Below, one piece after another: positions 7,458-16,474 of a stretch of DNA of 24,000 bases (positions within the stretch are counted from its first letter, which is position 1; each line of letters opens with the position of its first letter). The position numbers and the translations under genes are program-made. The notes under the pieces were generated by a model. That model was not told the DNA's origin and made no database searches. It saw nothing but the letters and a program-made list of their open reading frames with translations. Location: the NCBI GenBank assembly GCA_963677135.2, contig CAXXLS010000009.1, positions 74,834 to 98,833 on the forward strand. Direction: 5' to 3'. The DNA comes from Geopsychrobacteraceae bacterium (GTDB taxonomy: Bacteria; Desulfobacterota; Desulfuromonadia; Desulfuromonadales; Geopsychrobacteraceae).

Positions 7458-8804
7458 CTACAGGGCCGGCGGACCGGGAACAGGTTTGTCGGAATGAGTC
7501 AGGACGGCCTCGTCGCCTGCCTTGGGACTGACGTCGACCAGGTTCAGTTCGCCATAGGAGAGGGCCTGCTGCAGGCCGGCCAGGCTGAAGCGGCTGGCGG
7601 CGTTCCAGAGCATCCAGCCGGAGCTGCCGACCTGATCACTGGCGTTGATCTGGGCATGAATATCGTCAGCACGGTAGGAACGCCGATCAAACGCGTAATC
7701 CCGGAACGCCTGCAGCCAGGGGCGGAACCGGGCCGGTTCGAGACCGCTGAGGCTGACCGCTTTCTTGAGGGAATGGGCAATCACCTCGAAATTATGGGTG
7801 ACGGGGACGGGATAGCCTGGAATTCCGTAAGGAAAGCCTGAGGGATACAGCATGGGAGACAGGTAATCGACCTGCTCGCCCATGTCCACCAGGCGCTGGC
7901 CGATCTTTTGATCTTTCGGTTTCCAGCAGATATAGCCGAAAATGTTGGCCGCGGTCATCACCGGGTAGGGAGCAAGGCGCTCTTTGGCCTGGGCCAGGAA
8001 CTGATTGATGGCGGCAACCCGGTTGTCCCCGGTATTGGCCCGAGCGAATTTCAGATCGGACCTGGCCGGAAAACGGATATAGTCGAATTGGATCTCGTCA
8101 AAGCCAAGGCTGGCCACCTCTTCCGCGAGGTCGAGATTATAATCCCTGACCTGCTGGATGAAGGGATCGCTCCACGAGATGCTTTCGCGATCCTCCCAGA
8201 TTTCGCCGGCGGGATCATAAACCGCCAGATCGGGACGCCTCTTGGCCAGTTTGTCATCCTTGAACACCGCTAGCCTGGCGATGGTGTAGATTCCATGCGC
8301 TTTCAGATCCGCGAGAAAATCGGGAAGATCCTTGAGGGTCCTCGCCCGTTGGGCCCCGATCTGCCGGGCCAGGGGCAAGCTGCTGCGAAAAGCCACATCG
8401 CCCCGGGTCGATTTGATATCGATGACCAGGGCATTCATCCCGGTCTCTTGCAGAAGTTGAAGCAGGTGGGCGCGCAGATCACGACTGTCGGCCGCCCAAT
8501 AGGACATGTAAAGGGCTTTGGGAGCGACCGGCTGCAGTTCTACCCGCAGGACGTGGTCACCGGCGATTTTGATCGGCTGATAGCCCGGTTTGCGGACCAC
8601 CAGGGTCCCCGTCTCGCTGGTCAGGGCAAAGCTGCCGTCTTCGAAACTGACGGTCCTGTCCCCTTCCGTCCAGACCCTGGCGCCGGCAAGGGGCTGACCA
8701 CTGACACCGTCAAGCACCCGTCCGAAAACCTCCTCGGTTTCCGCCCAGGCAGCAGCAGTCATTCCAAAGAGAACCGCCATCAGGATCGTGACTGCACTTT
8801 TCAT
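7458..8804 (-). CDS. Secreted putative glycoside hydrolase (DUF4015-type) with N-terminal carboxypeptidase-regulatory-like domain
   Basis: Signal peptide MKSAVTILMAVLFGMTAAAWAE; VFGRVLDGVSGQPLAGARVW...FALTS; then NALVIDIKSTRGDVAF, YTIARLAVFKDDKLA, GFDEIQFDYIRFPA, YLSPMLYPSGF, RPWLQAF typical of DUF4015. Confidence 0.85.
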   Translation of the reverse strand: MKSAVTILMAVLFGMTAAAWAETEEVFGRVLDGVSGQPLAGARVWTEGDRTVSFEDGSFALTSETGTLVVRKPGYQPIKIAGDHVLRVELQPVAPKALYMSYWAADSRDLRAHLLQLLQETGMNALVIDIKSTRGDVAFRSSLPLARQIGAQRARTLKDLPDFLADLKAHGIYTIARLAVFKDDKLAKRRPDLAVYDPAGEIWEDRESISWSDPFIQQVRDYNLDLAEEVASLGFDEIQFDYIRFPARSDLKFARANTGDNRVAAINQFLAQAKERLAPYPVMTAANIFGYICWKPKDQKIGQRLVDMGEQVDYLSPMLYPSGFPYGIPGYPVPVTHNFEVIAHSLKKAVSLSGLEPARFRPWLQAFRDYAFDRRSYRADDIHAQINASDQVGSSGWMLWNAASRFSLAGLQQALSYGELNLVDVSPKAGDEAVLTHSDKPVPGPPAL

Positions 8805-8887
8805 TTAAAGCCTCCCGCCCAGGTACCAGAAAGAATAACGGACAGAAACAGCTTAGATTATTTTTACTGAATAATAAACTTTTAATT

Positions 8888-9793
8888 TTAATTGAAAAGG
8901 TATTTCTGTGCGCCGCTGCGAAGCTGTTCGGTCAGCTTGTTCAGAGGGGCCGCGGAGAGATTCCAGCTGTGCCAGTAGAGGGTTACGGAAAGTGACGCAT
9001 CGCCAATGAATTCCTGCAGGATTCCGGCCGCCAGCAGGTCCCGGCTCTGCCAGTCGGGAACCATTCCATAGCAGTAGCCCTCCCTGATCACCTGGAGGAA
9101 TTGTGCAGGCGCGGGTATATAATGGGCCGGGATTCGCACCGGCTCTGAACTGATGTAGGTTTCGATAAACTGTTGATGCAGCCTGTCATGACGATTGAAA
9201 ATCACGGCCGGGGCCTGTTCGAGTGCCGGCCGAGTCAAACCCTCCGGAAACCAGCGCGCCTTGAATCCCGGCGTGGCCACCAGCCGGTAGCGCATGCCGC
9301 CCAGCCGGTCGACCCGGCAGCCCTGCATGGCCCTGGATTCGGCACTGATACAGCCGACCACGTCGCCGTCCCGCAGATACCGGTGGGTCTGTTCCTGGTC
9401 ATCAACCCGCAGATCGAGAAGCAGGCCGGCCTCCTGCAACAGGGGTGCGACGGCATCGATGAACCAGTAGTCCAGGCTGTCGGCGTTGATGCCGATGGCG
9501 AGTTGTTGGGGCCCGGCCGAGTCCGCCCCCGACAACTCCCCGGCCAGAGCCGACTCCAGCATGCGCACCTGCTGGTAATGTTTCAGCAGCGCCTTGCCCG
9601 CTGCGGTCGGCTGCGGAGGCGACGTTCTGGTCAGTAATAATTGGCCGCTCTGATCTTCAAGCAGGCGAATGCGCTGGGACACTGCGGACTGGGTCAACAA
9701 CAGCACCCGCGCAGCGCGCTCAAAACCGCCTTCCTGAACAACCATGGCCAGCGCATTGAGGAGCTTGTAATCGATCATCGGCAACCGCATCAT
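8888..9793 (-). CDS. argP: LysR-family regulator, ArgP/LysG type
   Basis: MIDYKLLNALAMVVQEGGFERAARVLLLTQSAVSQRIRLLEDQSGQLLLTRTSPPQPTAAGKALLKHYQQVRMLE is characteristic of ArgP/IciA; divergent from a LysE/ArgO-type exporter. Confidence 0.82.
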   Translation of the reverse strand: MMRLPMIDYKLLNALAMVVQEGGFERAARVLLLTQSAVSQRIRLLEDQSGQLLLTRTSPPQPTAAGKALLKHYQQVRMLESALAGELSGADSAGPQQLAIGINADSLDYWFIDAVAPLLQEAGLLLDLRVDDQEQTHRYLRDGDVVGCISAESRAMQGCRVDRLGGMRYRLVATPGFKARWFPEGLTRPALEQAPAVIFNRHDRLHQQFIETYISSEPVRIPAHYIPAPAQFLQVIREGYCYGMVPDWQSRDLLAAGILQEFIGDASLSVTLYWHSWNLSAAPLNKLTEQLRSGAQKYLFN

Positions 9794-9947
9794 TGGTCAG
9801 AGTTTGTGAACAGGCAGATTGCATATTAGCAAAACTGATATATCCTCTGAATAATTAATTTTACTTTTGAGCCGAGGATCTCTAGGCTGAGTCCTGCGTC
9901 CCACGACGACCTCTTGCCGGTCGCTGTCACATCAGGAATCACGGAGC
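9794..9947. promoter_or_regulatory. Divergent intergenic region, expected ArgP operator/promoters
   Basis: Located between divergent argP-like and argO-like genes; AT-rich centre. Inferred from the conserved lysG-lysE / argP-argO arrangement; no exact operator assigned. Confidence 0.4.
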
Positions 9948-10559
9948 ATGGATATGATCTGGCCATATTTTCAGGGAATCGGCATCGGCGGCGGCCTTAT
10001 CATAGCCATCGGTGCCCAGAACGCTTTTGTTCTGGCCCAGGGAATCCGCCGCAATCATCCCGTTCAGACCGCTGCGGTCTGCAGCCTCTGTGATGCGATC
10101 CTGATTTTCGCCGGAGTCAGCGGGGTCGGCGCCCTGCTCGCCACCAACAGCCTGCTGCAACAGGGAGCCACCTGGTTGGGCACTTTGTTCCTGTTCTGGT
10201 ACGGGATACGTTCCCTGCGCTCGGCACTGTCCGGAGGCGACCTGGTTCCCATGGAGACCGGGCGGATGACCCGTTCGAAACTGCTCGCCACCACCCTGGC
10301 CCTGACCCTGCTCAACCCCCATGTCTATATCGATACCATCATCCTGCTCGGCAGCCTGGCCGGCCGTCTGCAGCCCCAGGAGCGTTACCTGTTCGCCGCG
10401 GGCGCCATCACCTCCTCCTTCCTCTGGTTTTTCGGTCTCAGCCTGGGAGCCGGATTTCTTGCTCCCCTGTTCCGCCGGCCCATCGCCTGGCGCTGCCTCG
10501 ACAGCCTGGTTTGTCTGACCATGTGGAGCATCGCCCTGTCTCTGATCTGGTCGGATTGA
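9948..10559 (+). CDS. argO: LysE/ArgO-family basic amino acid exporter
   Basis: 203 aa: GIGGGLIIAIGAQNAFVLAQGIRRNHP, LLATTLALTLLNPHVYIDTIILLGSL are LysE/ArgO signatures. Confidence 0.85.
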   Translation: MDMIWPYFQGIGIGGGLIIAIGAQNAFVLAQGIRRNHPVQTAAVCSLCDAILIFAGVSGVGALLATNSLLQQGATWLGTLFLFWYGIRSLRSALSGGDLVPMETGRMTRSKLLATTLALTLLNPHVYIDTIILLGSLAGRLQPQERYLFAAGAITSSFLWFFGLSLGAGFLAPLFRRPIAWRCLDSLVCLTMWSIALSLIWSD

Positions 10560-10802
10560 AGGTCACCTCAGGGGCCGCCCATCGATAAAAAGCCGAATAA
10601 TTTTTATTCCAGGATTTAATCCGGGATCAAATCTGCCCATGCGTGAAAAGCAACCAGCGGCGTCTTTACCGATGCCGGAACCGTATGATCTTTAATCCAA
10701 GAGTGAAGAAAAATGTTAAAATAACAAGGCAGGGTGCCATTAGTCCTCAGAAGCAATGCTTTGCCGCAATCCGATATCTGGGCAACGGGAGAGGAGGTCA
10801 TC

Positions 10803-10973
10803 ATGAAAGACAGTGTTGTGCGACTCAAAAATCTCTGTGAAATCCTGATCAATATGGGAGTGACCAATACCCCCAACGAAAACCAGATAAAAAAAATGAT
10901 TTTAGAACTTGAAACAACAATCCTTAAGGAAATGGAATTATTGAAGGACAGAGAGTCGATGTCTGACTTTTAA
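10803..10973 (+). CDS. Small hypothetical protein (56 aa)
   Basis: ATG at 10803 preceded by very strong Shine-Dalgarno GGAGAGGAGG; MKDSVVRLKNLCEILINMGVTNTPNENQIKKMILELETTILKEMELLKDRESMSDF. Confidence 0.45.
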   Translation: MKDSVVRLKNLCEILINMGVTNTPNENQIKKMILELETTILKEMELLKDRESMSDF

Positions 10974-11061
10974 TCGTTCAAATCATTTTAAGTGGATAGA
11001 ATAGCAAGAATTAGGTGGTCATCACATCAAACGCCCTCCCGAACAGGATACGGAGGCCACT

Positions 11062-12894
11062 ATGACCCATCTCCCCCCGCTTCCCAAGGATCCCCATACC
11101 CTGTTTGTGTTGGGGCTGGCTACCCTTGCGCTCTTCCTGTTCTCTCGTAAAAAACTTCCCCTGGAAACCGCCAGTCTGATCATTTTGGTCATCTTGGCCT
11201 GCGTATTCGAGTTGTTCCCATACGCAAAACCGGGCCAGGTTATCAGGGCTACAGACTTTTTCCATGGCTTCGGTCATGAAGCTCTGATCGCTGTGTGTGC
11301 GTTGATGGTCGCCGGGCAGGGTATTGTCAGAACGGGCGGACTGGAGCCCATTGGCCGAGCGCTTTCACAGCTCTGGAAAATCAGCCCCAGTCTTTCCATG
11401 ATTACGACCCTGTTCATTGCTGCCGGAATCAGTGCCTTTATCAATAATGTTCCCGTCGTTATTCTGCTTTTACCCATTTTGATCAGTGTTTCGGTGAAAA
11501 CAGGAAGCAAGGCGTCAGGCATGTTGATGCCTATGGGCTTCGCCACGATTATCGGAGGAACCAGCACGACCATTGGAACTTCGACCAACCTCCTGGTTGT
11601 TTCCGTGGCCGCCGATATGGGCCTTCGAAAAATGGAGATGTTTGATTTCTTTGTGCCGGCGGCAACGGCCGGCATTCTCGGTTTACTATACCTGTGGTTT
11701 GTCGTTCCACGCATCATGCCTGAGCGGGGAATTGACCTCAGTGATACCTCGCCCCGCATTTTCACTGCCCATCTCGCCCTTCTTGAAAAAAGTCCCATGA
11801 TTGGTAAAACCCTCGCTGAAGCGCAGGAAAAAGTCGGAGAAACCATCAGGGTGACAAATATCAGGAGGAATAACGACACGTTAGCCATGCCATTGCCAAG
11901 CCTCATCCTCCATGCGGGGGATCAATTGATCCTGCGTGATACGCCTGAAAAGCTGAAGGAAATTGAAAAAATTTTTGAAGGAACCCTGTATCAATCCCAT
12001 GCAGGTGAAACGCATTCCGACGACAGTAACCTCTTTGAGGCAAAGGATCAGCAAATTGCCGAAATTGCCGTCATCCAAGGTTCCTACCTGCAAGGTCGGA
12101 CGTTAAGCGGGCTGCGCTTTGCAGACCGTTTCGGCCTTATCATCCTGGCTATCCACAGGGCGGGAAAGCCCTTGAGTAAAAACAGCGAGGCCATTGGAGA
12201 TATAAGACTTGCATCTGGAGACATTCTTCTGGTTCAGGGTCCCCGCGACCAGATCGCAAAACTTAAACAGATTAAAGATTTTCTCGTTTTGGATGCGACT
12301 ATCGACCTGCCCTACACCAAAAGAGCCCCCCTGGCCATGATGATCATGATTGCCATCATCACCCTGACAGCTGCCGATATTCTGCCTATCGCAATCAGTG
12401 CCAGCGCCGGTGCGTTAATCATGATCATGACCGGATGTCTGAATTGGCGAGATGCGACAAGAGCCCTGAGCGTCCAGGTCATTTTTCTTGTCGTTGCAAG
12501 CCTGGCCTTGGGGCACGCCTTACTGGAAACAGGTGGTGCAGACTATCTTGCGGAACTGATGCTGCTATTTTCAGGACATGCTTCACCGCCCGTCATGCTC
12601 AGTGGAACCATGCTGGTCATGGCCGTACTGACAAATCTTGTTTCCAATAATGCCACGGCGGTTATCGGTACCCCCATCGCGGTATCCGTCGCAACCCAGA
12701 TGGGGCAACCGGCCGAGCCATTTGTCCTGGCGGTCCTGTTTGGAGCAAATCTGAGCTTTGCGACACCAATGGCCTACAAAACCAATTTACTTGTCATGAA
12801 TGCCGGTCGTTACACCTTCAATGATTTCCTGCGTATCGGAATTCCCCTGGTGCTTATTGCTCCGGTGATTAAACAGTTAAATCAAGCAGCATAA
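11062..12894 (+). CDS. SLC13-family (ArsB/NhaD-like) permease with two TrkA_C/RCK_C domains; 3' end probably altered by IS insertion
   Basis: 610 aa: INNVPVVILLLPILISVSV, IIGGTSTTIGTSTNLLVV, NLVSNNATAVIGTPIAV, cytosolic RCK_C-like segments; CGGAGG before the ATG. Confidence 0.88.
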   Translation: MTHLPPLPKDPHTLFVLGLATLALFLFSRKKLPLETASLIILVILACVFELFPYAKPGQVIRATDFFHGFGHEALIAVCALMVAGQGIVRTGGLEPIGRALSQLWKISPSLSMITTLFIAAGISAFINNVPVVILLLPILISVSVKTGSKASGMLMPMGFATIIGGTSTTIGTSTNLLVVSVAADMGLRKMEMFDFFVPAATAGILGLLYLWFVVPRIMPERGIDLSDTSPRIFTAHLALLEKSPMIGKTLAEAQEKVGETIRVTNIRRNNDTLAMPLPSLILHAGDQLILRDTPEKLKEIEKIFEGTLYQSHAGETHSDDSNLFEAKDQQIAEIAVIQGSYLQGRTLSGLRFADRFGLIILAIHRAGKPLSKNSEAIGDIRLASGDILLVQGPRDQIAKLKQIKDFLVLDATIDLPYTKRAPLAMMIMIAIITLTAADILPIAISASAGALIMIMTGCLNWRDATRALSVQVIFLVVASLALGHALLETGGADYLAELMLLFSGHASPPVMLSGTMLVMAVLTNLVSNNATAVIGTPIAVSVATQMGQPAEPFVLAVLFGANLSFATPMAYKTNLLVMNAGRYTFNDFLRIGIPLVLIAPVIKQLNQAA

Positions 12895-13954
12895 GCGATC
12901 TTTGGATGCTTGAAGTAATTTTGCACATGCCTCGGACGATTCTGTAGGGTGCACATGAAGGAACGGGTCTTTTTCTCCAAGTCCTTCTGTGTTCGAGCAG
13001 GTAGTCCGGAGCGGATCTTCTGCTTGAGGTCGCCGTTAAGATATTCGTCCGGGTTGAGTTCCGGGGAATATGACGGCAGATAAAAGACCTCGATTTGCTC
13101 TTTGTTTTCTTCCAGCCAGGCCTTTACGACCTTGCTGTGATGGACCCGCAGGTTGTCGAGAATCAGAAACACCTTGCGGTCCGCGTCCTTGATCAAACGG
13201 GACATAAATTTGATCAGCACTTTGGCGGTCATGGTTTCACGATACAGCATGAACCGCACTTTGCCACGGTTCGTAACCGAAGAGATCATATTGACCCGGC
13301 TCTTGGTGGCATTGATTCGCACCACAGGGGTTTTGCCCTTTGGAGCAAATCCCCGGGCATGATACGCATCATTTTGGATGCCGGTCTCGTCGCCCCAGTG
13401 TATTTCGGCCTTTTCCTGCTTGGCTCGGGCCTGAATCTTCGGGTACTCCGAATCAAGCCACTGGGCGACGTGCTTGGAACTCTGTTCGTAGGCACGCTTT
13501 GTTGGCCTTTGCGGGGTGAAACCCCAGCGTTTCAGGTAGTCCGTGATCGTTCGCAGCGGCAGGTCTTGACCATAGAGGTGTTTGATCACCAGGCGAATCG
13601 CGTCACGGGTCCAAAGCGCAAAAGACAGCTTGAACTGATCCGGGGTCTTGTCCACCAGTAGCTTCTGGATTTCGGCTTCCTGATCGCTGGTCAATTCTCG
13701 CTTGTCGCCATGACGGCGACCGCGCTGACCCGGCTTGATGGCATCAAGGCCGCCACGTTCGTACTTTTTCCAGATTGTACTGACGTGGGGTTGACTGAGA
13801 CCAACGATTTCGGAAATGGCCGTGTTGTTCAGACCTTTTTCACGTAAACGAACGACTTGTTTACGTAGTTCGTATTGCGCTTGTTGATTGAGTTTTCGGG
13901 CATCGAAGTTATTCATGCCCTACAATAACACGAATTAAAGTAGATTTAAATATT
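12872..13954 (-). mobile_element. IS630-family insertion sequence (~1083 bp), TA target duplication
   Basis: Weak terminal inverted repeats AAcAgTTAAATCaA (from 12872) and AAtAtTTAAATCtA (reverse complement from 13954), 11/14 identical, flanked by TA at 12870-12871 and 13955-13956, enclosing an IS630-type transposase. Confidence 0.7.
12882..13916 (-). CDS. IS630-family DDE transposase
   Basis: 344 aa; N-terminal HTH (NNTAISEIVGLSQPHVSTIWKKYERGG), IHWGDETG, FLILDNLRVHHSK, YLPSYSPELNPDEYLNGDLKQ (DDE triad) and typical C-terminus YFKHPKIAYAA. Confidence 0.95.
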   Translation of the reverse strand: MNNFDARKLNQQAQYELRKQVVRLREKGLNNTAISEIVGLSQPHVSTIWKKYERGGLDAIKPGQRGRRHGDKRELTSDQEAEIQKLLVDKTPDQFKLSFALWTRDAIRLVIKHLYGQDLPLRTITDYLKRWGFTPQRPTKRAYEQSSKHVAQWLDSEYPKIQARAKQEKAEIHWGDETGIQNDAYHARGFAPKGKTPVVRINATKSRVNMISSVTNRGKVRFMLYRETMTAKVLIKFMSRLIKDADRKVFLILDNLRVHHSKVVKAWLEENKEQIEVFYLPSYSPELNPDEYLNGDLKQKIRSGLPARTQKDLEKKTRSFMCTLQNRPRHVQNYFKHPKIAYAA

Positions 13955-13956
13955 TA

Positions 13957-14021
13957 TCCGCCGAGTCAATATCCTGTGGGGAGCACTATCGATTATTCTG
14001 CCTGCCATTTACGATTTATAG
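13957..14021 (+). pseudogene. Displaced native 3' end of the SLC13 permease
   Basis: Deleting the IS plus one TA joins ATT A/TC CGC CGA GTC AAT ATC CTG TGG GGA GCA CTA TCG ATT ATT CTG CCT GCC ATT TAC GAT TTA TAG in frame, giving ...IGIPLVLIAPVIIRRVNILWGALSIILPAIYDL*, a plausible final TM helix. Confidence 0.6.
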
Positions 14022-14130
14022 CCTTTGAATTAAACTTCAGAGATTCACTTTACTTGGTACATAGGCAGGTTTACACTTGCGGGCCTGATCCGGAAGAATT
14101 GTGCCGCAGATGCCGACCAGCGAGGAAAGT

Positions 14131-15111
14131 ATGAACAAAACGTCTCACCCTTTTGACAAGCTGACTCCCGATTTCATAATGGATGCCGTCGAGTCCCTCG
14201 GGTACCGCTGCGATTATCGTATCCTGACCCTGAACAGTTATGAGAATCGGGTCTACCAGGTGGGCATTGAGGACGGCGCTCCGCTGATCGTCAAATTTTA
14301 TCGCCCCGATCGCTGGAACAAGGCCCAGATCCTTGAGGAGCACGACTTTATCCAGGAGCTGGCGGAACACGAATTACCGGTCGTCGCCCCGGTTCGCAGT
14401 GAAGAGGGCCAGACCCTGTATCGCTTTCGTGGATTTTATTTTGCCCTGTCACCACGTAAAGGGGGCCACTCTCCCGAGCTGGCCAACCTGGATCACCTCC
14501 AGGTAATCGGCAGGTTGCTGGGCCGTATTCACAATATCGGATCCCAGCGACCGTTCCGTCATCGCCCGACCCTGAATCCTCAAAGCTTCGGACATGAGTC
14601 GGTGGAGTTCATCAGCGAGGGCTTCATTCCCGCGGACTATCAGGCCGCCTATCAGTCCCTCACCCGTGATCTGCTGGCCATCATCGATGACCGTTTCGCC
14701 AATGCTGCCGCCCGTCCCATCCGGGTGCACGGCGACTGTCACAGCGGCAACATGCTGTGGCGGGATGATGCCCCTCACTTCGTGGATTTTGACGATACCC
14801 GCATGGCGCCGGCCATCCAGGACTTGTGGATGCTGCTGTCCGGCCGGGAAGACCAGCAACAGCAGCAGCTGGAAAAAATCCTTGATGCCTATTGCCTGTT
14901 TTGCGATTTCAATCCGGTCGAGCTGCAGCTGATCGAGGTCATGCGCACCCTGCGCATGCTCAATTATACGGCCTGGCTGGCCCGGCGCTGGGACGACCCG
15001 GCCTTTCCGCGGACCTTCCCCTGGTTCAACACTGTTCAGTACTGGGGAGAACACATCCTCGAGCTGCGTGAACAGCTTGCCGCCCTCCAGGAATCGCCCC
15101 TGCACATATAA
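14131..15111 (+). CDS. srkA: SrkA/YihE-like stress response Ser/Thr kinase (aminoglycoside phosphotransferase fold)
   Basis: MNKTSHPFDKLTPDFIMDAVESLGYRCDYRILTLNSYENRVYQVGIEDG, RVHGDCHSGNMLWRDDAPHFVDFDDTRMAPAIQDLWMLLSG; GAGGAAAG before the ATG at 14131. Confidence 0.92.
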   Translation: MNKTSHPFDKLTPDFIMDAVESLGYRCDYRILTLNSYENRVYQVGIEDGAPLIVKFYRPDRWNKAQILEEHDFIQELAEHELPVVAPVRSEEGQTLYRFRGFYFALSPRKGGHSPELANLDHLQVIGRLLGRIHNIGSQRPFRHRPTLNPQSFGHESVEFISEGFIPADYQAAYQSLTRDLLAIIDDRFANAAARPIRVHGDCHSGNMLWRDDAPHFVDFDDTRMAPAIQDLWMLLSGREDQQQQQLEKILDAYCLFCDFNPVELQLIEVMRTLRMLNYTAWLARRWDDPAFPRTFPWFNTVQYWGEHILELREQLAALQESPLHI

Positions 15112-15127
15112 AAGGTGGCGGCGACCT

Positions 15128-15158
15128 CGTGTCCATCCCCAAGGTCCGGATGGACACG
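15128..15158. terminator. Strong hairpin between convergent srkA and aldolase genes
   Basis: CGTGTCCATCC-CCAAGGTCC-GGATGGACACG, perfect 11 bp stem, 9 nt loop; no clear U tract, so termination role is inference. Confidence 0.4.
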
Positions 15159-15160
15159 TC

Positions 15161-15997
15161 CTAGCACTTGAGAATGGTAATCTTCTCGGCCACGACCTTC
15201 TGAACCGCAGCCTGGGCACTGCGAATACAGGGCAAGGTATCCGCCGCGTCACTGGCCAGCTCACGGCGCATGGCTCCCAGCCAGGCCTCGCGTAATTCCG
15301 TCGAGAAATTGACCTTCCCGACCCCCAGCGTCACCCCCTGCTGCAAAGTGGCGGGGGATAATCCCGAAGCCCCGTGCAGGACCAGGGGAACGGACGTCTC
15401 CTGGCTGATCTTTTCCAGCCTCGGAAAATCAAGCTTCGGCTCGCCCCGGTAAGGTCCGTGGACCGTACCGACCGATACCGCCAGAGCATCAACTCCGGTT
15501 TCCTCAACAAAATAGGCCGCCTCCCGAGGATCGGTAAAACTGGCCTCCGCCTCGTCGACAACCACGTCCCCTTCGCTGCCTGAAAGCCGACCAAGCTCGG
15601 ACTCTACCGTAACCCCCATAGGATGGGCCGCCTTCACCACCTGACGTACCAGGCCGATGTTGTCATTAATCGGGTGATGGGAGGCATCGATCATCACCGA
15701 GGAAAAACCGTGACGTAGACAGGCCATGACCTGCTCCCAGGTTTTGGCATGGTCGACCTGCAGGACAACAGGCACCTTCGCCTGTTCCGCCAGATCGGTC
15801 AGAAATCGCGTGGCGACCGGCGCACCGGCATACTCAAGAAACGGCCACTGGGCCTGCAGCACAACGGGGAAATCAGCAGCCTCGGCAGCCGCAATAATCG
15901 CCGGGGCCATTTCCCAGCAGGTGACGTTGAAGGCGCCCAGCGCAGCGCCACGGGCTGCGACTAACGCTACCCCCTCGTGCAGATTAATCAAGCTCAT
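15161..15997 (-). CDS. Class II fructose-bisphosphate aldolase-family protein (KbaY/GatY/FbaA-like)
   Basis: VVLQVDHAKTWEQV, VTVESELGRLSGSEGD, VDALAVSVGTVHGPYRGEPKLDFPRLEKI, VPLVLHGASGL are class II aldolase Zn/substrate motifs. Confidence 0.85.
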   Translation of the reverse strand: MSLINLHEGVALVAARGAALGAFNVTCWEMAPAIIAAAEAADFPVVLQAQWPFLEYAGAPVATRFLTDLAEQAKVPVVLQVDHAKTWEQVMACLRHGFSSVMIDASHHPINDNIGLVRQVVKAAHPMGVTVESELGRLSGSEGDVVVDEAEASFTDPREAAYFVEETGVDALAVSVGTVHGPYRGEPKLDFPRLEKISQETSVPLVLHGASGLSPATLQQGVTLGVGKVNFSTELREAWLGAMRRELASDAADTLPCIRSAQAAVQKVVAEKITILKC

Positions 15998-16153
15998 TCA
16001 AAATCCTTTTCGGCTGTTGTTGCGGTATGCCAAAACTCGCTTAAATCCCACAGGACGCAGGATTTCATGTTCCTCTGTTTATATCCGTTAACGGACCAAG
16101 AGACAAGGAATGGCAGAAATGACCGTTAAGACTTTAATATTTGCTTTTTTGAT

Positions 16154-16474
16154 TCATAAATTCGTCATCAGCCACAGAGCTCCCATACCTGCAGAGATGG
16201 TCAGCAACACATTCCGTGACCGCCAGGCCACTATGGCAGCGATGAGTCCAGCCAGCAACCGTGGATTTGCATAAGAGAATGTTTCAGAAGAAAAAACGAA
16301 TGCTGGCAGTGCTAAAGCAGCAAGAACAGCAGCAGGAACAAATTTTAACAGCTGTTCAATTTCAGGTCGCACCTTCCCCCGACCAAAGAGCCAGATAAAA
16401 GAAAAACGCAGCATAAAGGTACCGACACCAATGACGATCATCGTTAACCATAAACGTAAACCGCCTTCAGGCAT
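16154..16474 (-). CDS. azlD: AzlD-family membrane protein
   Basis: 106 aa small four-TM protein (WLTMIVIGVGTFMLRFSFIWLFGR...) overlapping azlC by 8 nt. Confidence 0.8.
   Translation of the reverse strand: MPEGGLRLWLTMIVIGVGTFMLRFSFIWLFGRGKVRPEIEQLLKFVPAAVLAALALPAFVFSSETFSYANPRLLAGLIAAIVAWRSRNVLLTISAGMGALWLMTNL

Noticed and set aside
8888-10559. LysR/LysE pair as part of a novel system
   Set aside because: Arrangement and sequences match the well-known ArgP/ArgO or LysG/LysE regulator-exporter pair.
13095-13661. 188 aa plus-strand ORF inside the IS
   Set aside because: Antisense to the IS630 transposase; IS630 elements normally encode one transposase ORF.
14449-15264. 271 aa minus-strand ORF
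   Set aside because: Antisense to srkA and overlapping the 3' end of the aldolase gene; no recognisable domain.
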